DNA of 64,000 nucleotides, taken from the NCBI GenBank assembly GCA_002811645.1, contig PDIP01000036.1, positions 248,001-312,000 on the forward strand. The letters are read 5' to 3'. Below the pieces are notes generated by a model that was given only the letters and a program-made list of their open reading frames with translations, made no database searches and was not told the origin of the DNA. This document shows positions 35,901 to 46,227 of the stretch, piece after piece. This stretch comes from Corallochytrium limacisporum Hawaii. Lineage: Eukaryota; Protista; Pluriformea. Position numbers and translations under genes: made by a program. The number at the start of each line of letters is the position of its first letter. Position 1 is the first letter of the stretch.

Positions 35901-36093
35901 GGAAGAGGCTGAATTTCTTGCCTACAGAACCCGTCGTAGAGGCTGTGAACCACTGCCAGGCCATCTTCCACGGCGCATTGTCATGGCCGCCATTGATCTA
36001 TTTCACCTAGCCAGTGTCAAAGACTTCATTGAACAGGAGTTCATCCGAATCGATCCAGAGTGGAAAAGGAATCTGTCTGACCCACTGACATGA
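32926..36093 (+). CDS. Large uncharacterised protein; start may be ATG 33223 (MKIQTAY, about 956 aa)
   Basis: 3.1-kb uninterrupted ORF, too long to be chance. Leu/Cys/Trp-rich and probably helical; no motif recognised. Confidence 0.75.
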   Translation: MKMVGPVPCSANSSIPGYHPITGFSEKLVEWYRSPLIEYSFHKPSCPRHIAKTWQIEYSSVVPSRGDFKFNFRLAQAALLAFLATCKSFGTSDIQRSNIMKIQTAYDDLGKHLVALYNSVGLNAEHADGRVETVVTFFSSALREAIGNAFASDRIGDCAVLFLYADIINFMNELIQLATCTSLSDCYRAMIRDIMTYLEKPGREGNNEILFLCLHRVCKGAILMDHLSCEDVLNSISMRNTTNLADLMCWWDIVQGLSESLPASHAPSMPEGLPMMVKRILSCPDTSCCEDNSEVANTIHQMVRKIETVAIWLDRPIALLDALQRVVQWIAGECNNSSLLLQLCETFNSLLSSARVKDVSEMKLLSTMFARTIPFLANPPTGDSSMLHDMLRVRLECTALFGSFPKLFQKCRMLVIELYDSTTWDLTATLLFCRSPFLFRNHWTHPRLKIAMSEIDTLKIDDHLLFLKEHKLNAERCLLYIHTMPLFIPDPNGCCPRKSSAFIQSLETILYACESYMRGYFKDSRALAESWRKCRAHGCELDGTKTCTRARSHEGRAIFSYLRKNLYSILLSLIFPGLPGEQSPYCVPGYQGPDVPFRAFACLGTLCHCWCPSEFTYFLDDLGVRSSYGLQQSHRRLMSALRWSFESMHLQSLLSCNHALLFQAYEVAMNQRATQQDLNGLYSAILEHKWSGEPVNVSSWVRFLSQTPKSFAGLVLVGYFRKTTSVDAPHHRSIENALIDITNAGDEISGTTLWVDEHKVFTAADSLLPLSRSMKLCATDVMYMLAQEPPLGDTSPPSVALLSLLSVADTTTDDDPLSVDKWPGGPAKAWKGLSAFCRLLWRLNYFTDLVYEKLPGENSLRWHRDRGLDQHGQLLCRLHRRLMHLVIVHFPEYATKQPILPDYEECAVLLFATGCMSDDSKFSELNTDYVIQLLLAVSRAEGSQILNPIHMVQNNRIAVPRLRIKVWDEWWTTDSKPRRGDCEMRGPEPCTREEAEFLAYRTRRRGCEPLPGHLPRRIVMAAIDLFHLASVKDFIEQEFIRIDPEWKRNLSDPLT

Positions 36094-36802
36094 GCGCTCG
36101 GGAGCGCGTATCGCAGGTGTTTGAATTCTCCACATACACAGTAGACCATAGCATGTACGTAACCATAACTATTGTGAAATAAAGGATACATGTAGATCAA
36201 GCTGGGAAAGGTTCATGAGGTCCTTTCCGAACAAGTTACTCCTTGTCTCGCACTCCCTGCTCTCCCAAAAAAGTTTCAAACCCTTCCCGCCCATTAACGA
36301 AATGGCCCTGGCCCGGATAGTGCCGACCGCCAAGACTCTCCCACAGCACGCCTCTCTCACACCAAATGGAAAGAAAATTTCTCTTGAATCGAGTACTGAA
36401 CGTCCTGAAGTTTCTGGAGCACTTTCCGCCGCCCGACTTTTCTAGCCCCTTTCCTCGCTTGATCGGAGATCAAGGGCACACGGTCCATACAAACGAGGGG
36501 AGGGAGGGGTCTCCCGACCCCCCGGGGGGGGGGGGGTCGGGTAAGGGGCGAGTAGTGGCCCGCGGGAGAACCCATGTGAACGCGGTGGCTGCGGGCGGTC
36601 ATGCGTGGAGTTGAAATGGCACATATTGACAGGTGAGGACTTGAGCCAATTGCTTGTGACAGCAAAGAAGAGGGCCAAAGTGGCTTAGGTGCTTAATGCA
36701 GGTCCATTGATATACTGAGAATAAGATCTTCATGAGGCTAAGAATAGACTGTGAACAGTACTTTAATTAAAAGCGGACTAGGGTCGATCCTCATTTCAAA
36801 CA

Positions 36803-38932
36803 ATGTGGGTTCGTGCTTCAGGTTTGCTAGGTTCCGCTGGGAGGTCCCTGTGGCGGTCGCGGTCCCATTTTGTGGCTACCTTGCCAGCCAGTGCTACTGC
36901 TGCGCTGCTCGGCGGTTCTATCGTTCAAGCACGAAAGGGAGCCACCAAGTTCGGGGGTCTGGACAACTTGATCAGGGCCTACTCCACCGACACAGGGGCT
37001 GACGACAAGAAGGAGGGCGAGAACTCGGAACATGCTGTGACAAACACGGAGAAGGTTACTGGAGACATGGAAAGCCAGGAGTTCCAGGCCGAAACTGCGA
37101 AGCTTTTGGACATTGTCGCTCATAGCCTGTACAGTGAGAAAGAGGTCTTCGTTCGTGAGGTCATTTCCAATGCGAGCGATGCCCTGGAAAAACTGCGCCA
37201 CTTCGAACTCGAGGGTAAAGGCCACGAGGACCCGGACCTGCCTCTAGAAATTCGCATCACCACCGACGAGGAAGCAGGCACTATTACTATCCAGGACACC
37301 GGTATTGGTATGTCCAAGGACGAGCTGATGCGCAATCTTGGTACCATTGCTCACAGCGGCTCCAAAGCCATGGTCAACAAGCTGGAAGAGGCATCTGGGA
37401 ACAGCGAGGGGGACAAACAGCTGCGCATGAACATTATTGGTCAGTTTGGTGTAGGTTTCTATTCTACCTTTATGGTCGCAACTAAAGTCAATGTGTACTC
37501 TAAAAGTGCCGAGCCTGGCTCCAAGGGATACGCCTGGGAGAGTGATGGCCGTGGAAAGTACACCATTGCTGAGGCTGAAGGAGTCCAACGCGGTACAAAG
37601 ATTGTGATCACTTTACGTGATGACGACAAAGAGTATGCGAAGACTGGCCGCGTTGAAGACGTGATCAAAAAGTACTCCAACTTTGTTGGGTTTGGTATCT
37701 ACTTGAACGGACAGAAAGTAAACACTGTGCAGGCGCTCTGGACCAAACGTACTTCCGAGGTTACCACAGATGAGCTGAATGAATTCTACCGCTTTGTTGG
37801 GAAAGCTTGGGATGATCCCCTGTTTACCATGCAATTCATGGCCGATGCCCCCATTGATATCAAGACTCTGCTGTTCTTCCCCACCACCCACACCGAGAAG
37901 TTCGGAATGGGCCGACTCGAGCCCGGGGTCCACCTGTACGCTCGCAAAGTGCTGATCAAGTCTCACATTGACAAGCTTCTGCCGCAGTGGCTGCGCTTTG
38001 TGAAGGGAGTTGTCGACTCTGAAGACATTCCTCTCAATATTAGCCGTGAAATGCTCCAGGACAACCGGCTCGTCCAGAAGATTGGTGATGTGGTTACTGG
38101 CCGCATCCTGAAATTCTTGAACGACAAGGCAAAGTCTGACCCCGAGGACTTCAAGAAATTCTACAACGAATTCCAGCAGTTCCTCAAAGAGGGTGTGCTC
38201 ACTGACATGTCCCACAAACAGGATATTGCATCTCTTTTGCGATTTGAGTCTTCTGCCATGCAAGCTGAGGAGAGTGTTGGTCTCAAGGAGTACATTGAGC
38301 GTATGAAGGAGGATCAGGAGGAGATTTACTACCACCAGGCTGCTTCTCGCGAACTGGCTGAATCTTCTCCATACTTCGAGGTCTTCAAAGACAATGGCTA
38401 CGAAGTGCTCTTCTGCTATGACAACATTGATGACATTGCATTGACCAACCTCGGCGAGTTCTCCGGCAAGAAGATCAAGAGCATCGAGTCCGGTGATGTC
38501 AAGATTGGTGATGATACCGGTAATACCTTGGAAGGCAATGAAGACCTCGTGGAGTACCTCAAGGAGGCCCTCGGCGAGGACCGCGTTAACGAGATCAAGG
38601 CCAGCCAGCGTTTGGTTGACTTCCCGTGCGTCATCGTTGATCACCAGAGCCAGTCCACTCGCCGTATCATGCAGATGATTGACTCCAAGATGGGCAAATG
38701 GCTTGGTCCCCAGACCCTTGAGGTCAACTTCAACCATCCTCTAATCAAGCAACTGAACGAGGTTCGCACTGCGGATGCTGACTTTGCCAAGATCATGGCA
38801 GAACAGCTGTGGGATAATGCCCTCATTGCGGCTGGCCTTCTGGACGACCCCAAGACGATCATTAAGCGTGTGAACACTATCCTGGGTCGCGCTGCCAAGG
38901 TAGCTGGTGCCACGACTGAGGAGTCTAAGTAA
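36803..38932 (+). CDS. TRAP1: Mitochondrial HSP90 (TRAP1/HSP75)
   Basis: EFQAET.KLLDIVAHSLYSEKEVFVRE.ISNASDALEKLR, IIGQFGVGFYS and GVVDSEDIPLNISRE. Presequence present; no C-terminal MEEVD. Confidence 0.97.
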   Translation: MWVRASGLLGSAGRSLWRSRSHFVATLPASATAALLGGSIVQARKGATKFGGLDNLIRAYSTDTGADDKKEGENSEHAVTNTEKVTGDMESQEFQAETAKLLDIVAHSLYSEKEVFVREVISNASDALEKLRHFELEGKGHEDPDLPLEIRITTDEEAGTITIQDTGIGMSKDELMRNLGTIAHSGSKAMVNKLEEASGNSEGDKQLRMNIIGQFGVGFYSTFMVATKVNVYSKSAEPGSKGYAWESDGRGKYTIAEAEGVQRGTKIVITLRDDDKEYAKTGRVEDVIKKYSNFVGFGIYLNGQKVNTVQALWTKRTSEVTTDELNEFYRFVGKAWDDPLFTMQFMADAPIDIKTLLFFPTTHTEKFGMGRLEPGVHLYARKVLIKSHIDKLLPQWLRFVKGVVDSEDIPLNISREMLQDNRLVQKIGDVVTGRILKFLNDKAKSDPEDFKKFYNEFQQFLKEGVLTDMSHKQDIASLLRFESSAMQAEESVGLKEYIERMKEDQEEIYYHQAASRELAESSPYFEVFKDNGYEVLFCYDNIDDIALTNLGEFSGKKIKSIESGDVKIGDDTGNTLEGNEDLVEYLKEALGEDRVNEIKASQRLVDFPCVIVDHQSQSTRRIMQMIDSKMGKWLGPQTLEVNFNHPLIKQLNEVRTADADFAKIMAEQLWDNALIAAGLLDDPKTIIKRVNTILGRAAKVAGATTEESK

Positions 38933-39359
38933 ACACGGGGTGCTTCTAAACTCTACGTGTACATAAATATCATACAGCATCTCACATTACAAACAAAATA
39001 ACAAAGCAACTTGTGATTCTTTTCTGGGTGTCTCATTTTACAATTACGTATTGCTTCTTTCTTTTGGATTTTCAAATTCATTGAAAGGCGGAATGAAAAA
39101 ATGCAGAAGGATGTATCTTTAAAAGTTTCGGAAAAGTTGCACTCTCAAGTCACAGAAACTTGCGATCCCCACAGAGTCACCATGCCCGTGGCCAAAAGTT
39201 CAATGGCTCTACCATTGGGGATGTGCCTTTCGTGTTCATGGATGGTGTGCATGTATAACGGTTCATTCCCCTAGGATGAGTGCGGGGCCTCCTCCGAGAC
39301 GCGTGTCAACCAAACCAGGCCGGAAGATCACAGTGAACAACAGCTTGCTTGTCATTGAT

Positions 39360-39872
39360 CTACTGGCATCCCGGCAGGTCAGTGCCATTTCCACCGTTAG
39401 TGTTGAGAATCAGAGCAACAATCAGACCGTACAGACCCAAAACTTCGGCAAAAATGAGAATCAGAATCATACCGACAAACAAACGGGGCTGCTGCGCGGT
39501 ACCACGAACGCCAGAGTCACCGACAATACCGATGGCGAAGCCAGCGGCCAGACCGGAGAAGCCAACGGCCAAACCGGCGCCCATGTTCACGAAACCGCGG
39601 AACAGGGTGTATGCCTGGAGATCACCTCCGAAGTCATTAGCGATCAGGACAGCAACGACCAGACCGTAAATAGCCAGAATACCAGCCATGACGACGGGAA
39701 TAATGGACTTCATAATAAGCTCGGGGCGGAGCACGGACATGGCAGCAATGCCAGTGCCAGATTTGGCAGTACCGTAGGCAGCACCCAGGGCACTAAAGAT
39801 CATGGCAGAGCTCGCGCCGAGCACACCGAAGAAAGGTGCGTAGACGGGGCAATAGTCCTTCTCGTCAGCCAT
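39360..39872 (-). CDS. ATP6V0C: V-ATPase V0 16-kDa proteolipid subunit c (Vma3)
   Basis: [29 protein letters not shown] and [26 protein letters not shown], with the conserved Glu. ATG at 39872. Confidence 0.97.
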   Translation of the reverse strand: MADEKDYCPVYAPFFGVLGASSAMIFSALGAAYGTAKSGTGIAAMSVLRPELIMKSIIPVVMAGILAIYGLVVAVLIANDFGGDLQAYTLFRGFVNMGAGLAVGFSGLAAGFAIGIVGDSGVRGTAQQPRLFVGMILILIFAEVLGLYGLIVALILNTNGGNGTDLPGCQ

Positions 39873-39955
39873 TGTGTTGGTTAGGTAACGTAAACACACG
39901 TAACTAGAATAAATATGTGCAGAAAAAAGAGAAATTTCAATCAACAAAAAGTATG

Positions 39956-40170
39956 CTGCAGAAAGGAAGATCAACTGAAGCGATATCAGGAGTCTTAGTT
40001 AGTAACAGTTCGTTGACAAGAGTGTTTGCATCCAAATACATGAGCAAGATTTGACGTATCCGTTGATGAGAAGCCCTATTTACTGAAACCCACGCAGCCA
40101 CTGATTTGTTTGCACCGTAGGCTGCCTTGTATTCCCAACGAGTCAGTAGAGACGTTGATTCGAAACCTAC
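39956..40170 (-). other. Spliceosomal intron in the 5' leader of V-ATPase c
   Basis: GTAGGT donor (40170), perfect TACTAAC branch point (40004-39998), pyrimidine tract and CAG acceptor (39956). Confidence 0.7.
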
Positions 40171-40234
40171 CATCGACAAAATAATCAGTCACTGCGGCGC
40201 TTGTGGCCCGCTGCCGTAAACCGGCTTCTTCCCG

Positions 40235-40326
40235 CTGCGATCTTGTTAGTTCTGCTACGCGCCTAAAGGATTTTCCGCACCATAGATAGTCTTCTCACTC
40301 ATTTGTTTGCTCTTGCAATTACTTAC
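40235..40326 (-). other. Second leader intron (92 nt) upstream of V-ATPase c
   Basis: AG|GTAAGT donor (40326), AACTAAC branch and CAG acceptor (40235). Same size as the CDS introns in DOLPP1. Confidence 0.65.
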
Positions 40327-41359
40327 CTTTTGTCAATTGATCAGTGGTACACAACCCGAGAAAATCCAGCCACATCAGAGTCAACAACCTGCAACTTGTA
40401 GCTTTTCATTCATTCTGGTGTATATCGAAACAACACTAGGTCAATCATCTGGTCCGAATATCAGAGTCTGTGCAATGCATCAAGCTCGTTGCTGCACGTT
40501 CAACAGACTCATGCACTAACGCCGGTGGCACACCGCTTTGGTTCCTCGTCCCGAGAGTGGAGCGCTCTCCACAGTTCCCAGAACAAGCAAATCTACGGTG
40601 CCTGTAGAAGAGCGGTGTGTGTGTTCCGAGTGCGGTGGTCGCGACACAAGGCTTCGGCCACGTCAGATGAGTGACACGGTCAGACACACAGCCCACTGCA
40701 GAGCACAGAAGTACCGAAGTCGCGTGCAGTTCAGTACAGTGGGACAGACTTAAAAAAAAGCAAAAACACCTCTTGGCTCTCCGCAATCGCAGAGTAGGCA
40801 CGGGAAATCGAGTATCGATCCCCCCCCCCTCCTTCCGGTGTACTCACCGCCAGGGATGTGTATCCCAGCCCTGGGGGCATGAGAAGAGAGTCAGCCACAG
40901 GGCCTTTTTTTCGGTGAGGAAGAGAAGGGAAGGGGGGGGGGTTAGTACTGAGTGGCGGGTCTAAGACTTGGGCCACTGCGAGTTTTTTTTTCTCGGTCGT
41001 TCCTTATTTTGTTTTTGTTTTGGTCTTGCCGCTCTACTGAACATACTGCACTCACCGTCGCTCCCGGTGGGAAGAATCGCCTGAAAAAGCTGCCATAAAA
41101 TTTTCTGGGTGTCCAGTACCCAAAGTCCCCCTCCCTGGGGTCGAATGCAAGGGAAAAAAAGAGCCGAAAAAAGCCAGTCTCGCTTCTCTTCACAGTAGAG
41201 AAGGGAGGGGTGGGGCAATACCGATGCTTTTAGCGCCTCCGGGTTTTTTGTTTTGTTTTGGCCTTCCCGGTGCTTTGCGAGCAAATGGGCAGAAATGAGG
41301 GGGAGCCTTGGTGCCTGTCGGGGTCGGCGTTTGGTCCCTTTGTCCTTTGGGGACCAAGC

Positions 41360-41360
<1 letters not shown>

Positions 41361-41430
<70 letters not shown>
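41361..41430. repeat. (AC)35 microsatellite, followed by short TC repeats
   Basis: 70 nt of perfect AC repeat read directly from the sequence. Confidence 0.99.
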
Positions 41431-41432
<2 letters not shown>

Positions 41433-42235
41433 GCGCTCTCTGTCTCTCTCTCTGTATGGGCAGAGATTGATCGAGGGTCTCCGTCCGTCGCCTAACCCCC
41501 CTCATTGCCAAGGATGGCTGTGTCCACTCTCCGCCTACTCAACTGCTTGGCCTCGTTTGTCCCAATGTCGCTGTGCCGCCGTGCTGGAGACAAAATGAGT
41601 CAGGCGGACCAACCAAACCCCCCCCCTCCCCGCGGGGTCCTCCACCGCACCTCTGTGCCGTATGTTTTGAAGCTGAGCCACAGTGGGACCGGCGCGCTAG
41701 TTCCCGAGTTGGGTTCTCACCCTCGCTTTATAACAGCCCCAGACCTGAGCCTCTTTGCGGGGTATAAACATTGGGCTTGAGCAGGAGGGGTTGTTTTCGT
41801 TAGAGGGAAGCCCGTCGCTTGGGGGGGGGACCGCCCTGTCCTCCCTTTCGTCCTCCCTTTTTTTTTGTTTTTGTATTTCTTTTTGCAACACGGGTTTTGG
41901 TTTATGCGTCGGCCCCAGTGGATTGATTCCTTTGATTTCATACGTCTGGATATGTGATATGGTTCTTTGTTGTCCAGAGCAATGTGAAGCTGATTCAATA
42001 TCTTTATGTGAATGTATTGCTTGCGCTTGGTTGTGATTGGAAACTTATGAATCAATGTTAGAGCGCATAGGGGAGAGGACCTAAGCGATGGCGGGTTCGC
42101 GGACCCAGTTGTAGCGCCACCAGGCGATGTTCAGCGAGGTAGTCGGGTATTTGATGAAGCCTACATGTGTAGTGGAGTGTGAAGACACTAAGGCAAGTTC
42201 TGTTCCAATACACAACAAAGAATTTAGACGGTATT

Positions 42236-43068
42236 ATGAGTGTACCTTTAACGGAACTGTCTCCCATCAAGCTTACGCTTGTACAGTACACGACAGGTGA
42301 CAAGCTCGGCCATCTCTTGGCCTATGCGAGTCTCTTGCCCGTTGCTGCGGTAGTTGTGGCGATCAGTGCGGTCGCCTTCCGGAGAGACATACATTCAGTA
42401 AGTGTTTGACTAATTTGGTCGACAATTTCGACAAGCAGCCGAGTATACTAACGAAATCCTATTATCACAAATCGTAATCTTCAATTCAGGCATTCGTCTT
42501 TCTGGGGATTTGTGCATCTGAAGCTTTGAACATCATGCTGAAGAATTACATTAAGGAGCCAAGGCCTCCGTCTGGTAAGTATTTGATACGTTTTTGGAGA
42601 TCAGAAGAATGACAAGAAACATTGACCTAACATAAGGAGACACTCTACATCACTTATAACAACACAGGTGTATGGGGAAGCTATGGAAAGTACGGAATGC
42701 CTTCCGACCATGCGCAGGTCAGTGCCTTCCTGGTTGTGTACCTGACAATCTACGCTTTGGCCAACCTTACCATTACGCCATCTGCACTGAAGTACATAGG
42801 GATTATGTGCATGTGGGTCTGTGGTGCGGCAGTGATGTATTCTCGTGTGTACCTGACATACCACACAGAGAGGCAGGTCTATGTCGGAATGGGCGTCGGA
42901 GCCGCGCTTGGTTTGGCATGGTGGGCTCTGTACAATGCAACCGTGGGATACTTCCCTGTTATCGCATCAACCGTCCCATTCCGGCAACTACACTTCAAGG
43001 ACACCACCCATATTCCCAATGTCCTCGCGTTTGAACAGGCGCAGGTGCAAAAGAAAAAGAAAAAGTAA
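42236..43068 (+). CDS. DOLPP1: Dolichyldiphosphatase (PAP2 family); 3 exons: 42236-42397, 42490-42574, 42668-43068
   Basis: Two GTAAGT..CTAAC..CAG introns (92 and 93 nt) join into a 215-aa frame: LTLVQY..GD.LGHLLAY.SL, FRRDIH, K.YIKEPRP, YGMPSDHAQ and SRVYLTYHT..QV. C-terminal KKKKK resembles an ER-retrieval signal. Confidence 0.92.
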
Positions 43069-43184
43069 ACAGCTAAAGAAACTCCTTGATCAACAGACAT
43101 GCAACAAACCACTTCGATCGTCCTCGATATCTTGGATGCTAATTCGTTCTATATTCGATGGCTTACCCGCCGATATGCAGCAAC

Positions 43185-43556
43185 TTAGTGCTTCTCCTGT
43201 TGGCCACCCTGCTCACGGCGCTTGAGTTCCTTCTCGATGTGCTCCCGCATGTGCTCGAGTTCTTCCTGATTCTGGAGTGTTAAAAGTAGAGAAGAAAAAC
43301 AGTCATAAAACAGGTTAGCCTACCCTGTCCATAACAAAGGATTCTTGATACAGACACAACAAGTACTTACCTTCTTGCGGAAGTAGGACTCTTCCATGAA
43401 GTGGGCACGCTCACCCAGAGTGCCACCGCCACTGCGGACGTTACCACCGCCACCGCCACCGTGGTGGGAACCAGAGCCAGCGCCACCGGTGGAGCGCAGA
43501 ATCATAGAGCGCTGGGCCAGAGACACGGCCCGGTAGGAAGCAATGCGATAGGTCAT
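43185..43556 (-). CDS. ATP5IF1: Mitochondrial ATP synthase inhibitor IF1; 2 exons: 43556-43371, 43271-43185
   Basis: Presequence, then G.VRSGGGTLGER...EESYFRKK|NQEELEHMREHIEKEL. A 99-nt GTAAGT..GCTAAC..CAG intron gives a 90-aa product. Confidence 0.88.
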
Positions 43557-44635
43557 ATTTATCGTTAAGGTTTGCGTAAACAACCCAAAAACTTGCTACT
43601 TCGGAAGGTGGAAGCAATACTTTGATGCTGTCCTTCGATTTGAAATACCTGTGTCACGTTCCAGAGCAATCCAAATGTTGGTTGTGACGCCATCCCAGAC
43701 CGGCCATAAATGGTGAGGATCGGCTCCTGGATGAACAATTTAAATGAACCATATGACCGCCTCGTCCGCAATTTCTTGCAGCCAGTGACTTAGCAAGTGC
43801 AGCGCACCCAAACCCACCGTCCCATACGCACAAAGGTACCTGCTGACCTAGCGATCTCCTCCCGTCCTCGTAGTAGTGGTATAGCCGACCCACACCCATC
43901 GCGTGACTGTTCTATGACTAATGTTAGGCAATTTTGTTGTTGTTTTGCCACCTCGCGTGGTGGCCACAGACGGTCAGCGGGAGCAGCGCGCCGCCAAAGG
44001 AAATTTAGGGGGAGAGATGGCAGGTGAAAACTAAACGAGCCACCCCTTGGAAAACGGGGAAAAAGTTCCGCTGCTACCGTCTGCTCTCTTTGCGGTGTGC
44101 ACAGACCATGCAGCACTACTACAGACGGTAACGGGTGCGCGTCAATTTATCTCGCACCGGGCGGCTCCTCACCGCCCCGTTCCGTTCCGCAGTGGCTGTG
44201 TCCACCAAGCCCGGTACACTGCGCTCTGCTCTGGCTGACTTGGCAATTTCCTGCGGAGGCCGGGTAGTACATTCACTACTGATGACCCAAGGGAAAACAA
44301 AACAGAAAGCTGAGCGCAGTAGAGTCTTGGGTTGCTGAGCGGAGCAAATCTAATAATTAGTTAGGGTATCAGTTATATGATTCATGAGCCAAACGGCGTC
44401 ACCGCCACTTCCTGGTTCGGTGTTTGATCTCTTCTGATTTTACAATGTAAAGACTCTGGAACACATAGGGATCACGGCATGTCATAAGATGGCAGATTGA
44501 TGCTAAAATGATGAGTGTCTGTAAATCTATCTATTACATTCGATATGTCACTCTGAACCAGAATGTTCTGGGTTTGATCGAGAACGATTTGACAAAGGGA
44601 TATGAGGAAAGGATTTTTTGATGAATACGATTAGT

Positions 44636-45577
<942 letters not shown>

Positions 45578-45919
45578 ATGGACGAAGATAAACACGTGCT
45601 ATCGGCAGAGGCAGATAAGCGTTTCCTAGAAAGCATTGTGCCGGACAAGAACAGAGATCTGCGGGCATGTCGTCGTTGCTACTTGATTAAAACAGCTCGC
45701 CAATTTGATGAAGCAGGGTGCGAGAACTGCCAGGACGCCTTTGAAAAGGAAGACTCTCTCACAACAAATTTTGACGGCTATGTCTCGGTCCTTGAGCCAT
45801 CGAAGAGCTGGGTTGCACGGTACCAGGGTCTGACTGTGGAAGGAGGCCACGAGCCTGTACCCGGCCTCTATGCTGTCTCGATACCTGAAAGTGATAAAGT
45901 CGGTCCGGTTATAGGATGA
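45578..45919 (+). CDS. SPT4: Transcription elongation factor Spt4
   Basis: LRACRRC.LIKT..QF...GCENC, TTNFDG, PSKSWVARYQ and PGLYAVSI; ATG at 45578. Confidence 0.94.
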   Translation: MDEDKHVLSAEADKRFLESIVPDKNRDLRACRRCYLIKTARQFDEAGCENCQDAFEKEDSLTTNFDGYVSVLEPSKSWVARYQGLTVEGGHEPVPGLYAVSIPESDKVGPVIG

Positions 45920-46227
45920 AAGTTGCATTTCAAAATTTCCATACGCGCGTCCGTCACGTACGCGTTCTAGCACCCATAGTGAACCGTTTGGTGCTCTCTT
46001 GTGCCTGCATGGGCAGTAACATAACACATAACATAAATACATACATGATCATAGCGAATCACCCTCACGCAACTCATCTGATCTGTGATAACGGGAACGA
46101 AGTGGAAGGGAGGCTACAGATCTAACATGGAAAATGATGAATCATTGTTTAATTTTCATACAATATAAACATGGGCAAGATGATGTGTGGTGCTAGGAGC
46201 CATGACCTCCTGAGCAGAAAGTTTGCC

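Noticed and set aside
37613-38737. 374-aa antisense ORF inside TRAP1, and similar ORFs opposite fumarase, V-ATPase c (39276-39884) and Src
   Set aside because: Antisense shadows of strongly codon-biased genes; no independent motifs.
39873-39974. ORF-track N-terminal extensions for V-ATPase c, and likewise PRIM2, MRPS10, RBX1, SPT4, WDR6 and NUDT8
   Set aside because: Most begin at non-ATG codons or lie upstream of the conserved N-terminus or inside putative leader introns; downstream ATGs fit the homologues better.
40961-41598. CVCV/THTH-repeat ORFs
   Set aside because: Translations of the (AC)35 microsatellite.
44508-44556. Possible C/D snoRNA (ATGATGA...CTGA)
   Set aside because: Only about 50 nt, no terminal stem or recognisable guide, and it lies antisense within the RBX1 3' region.
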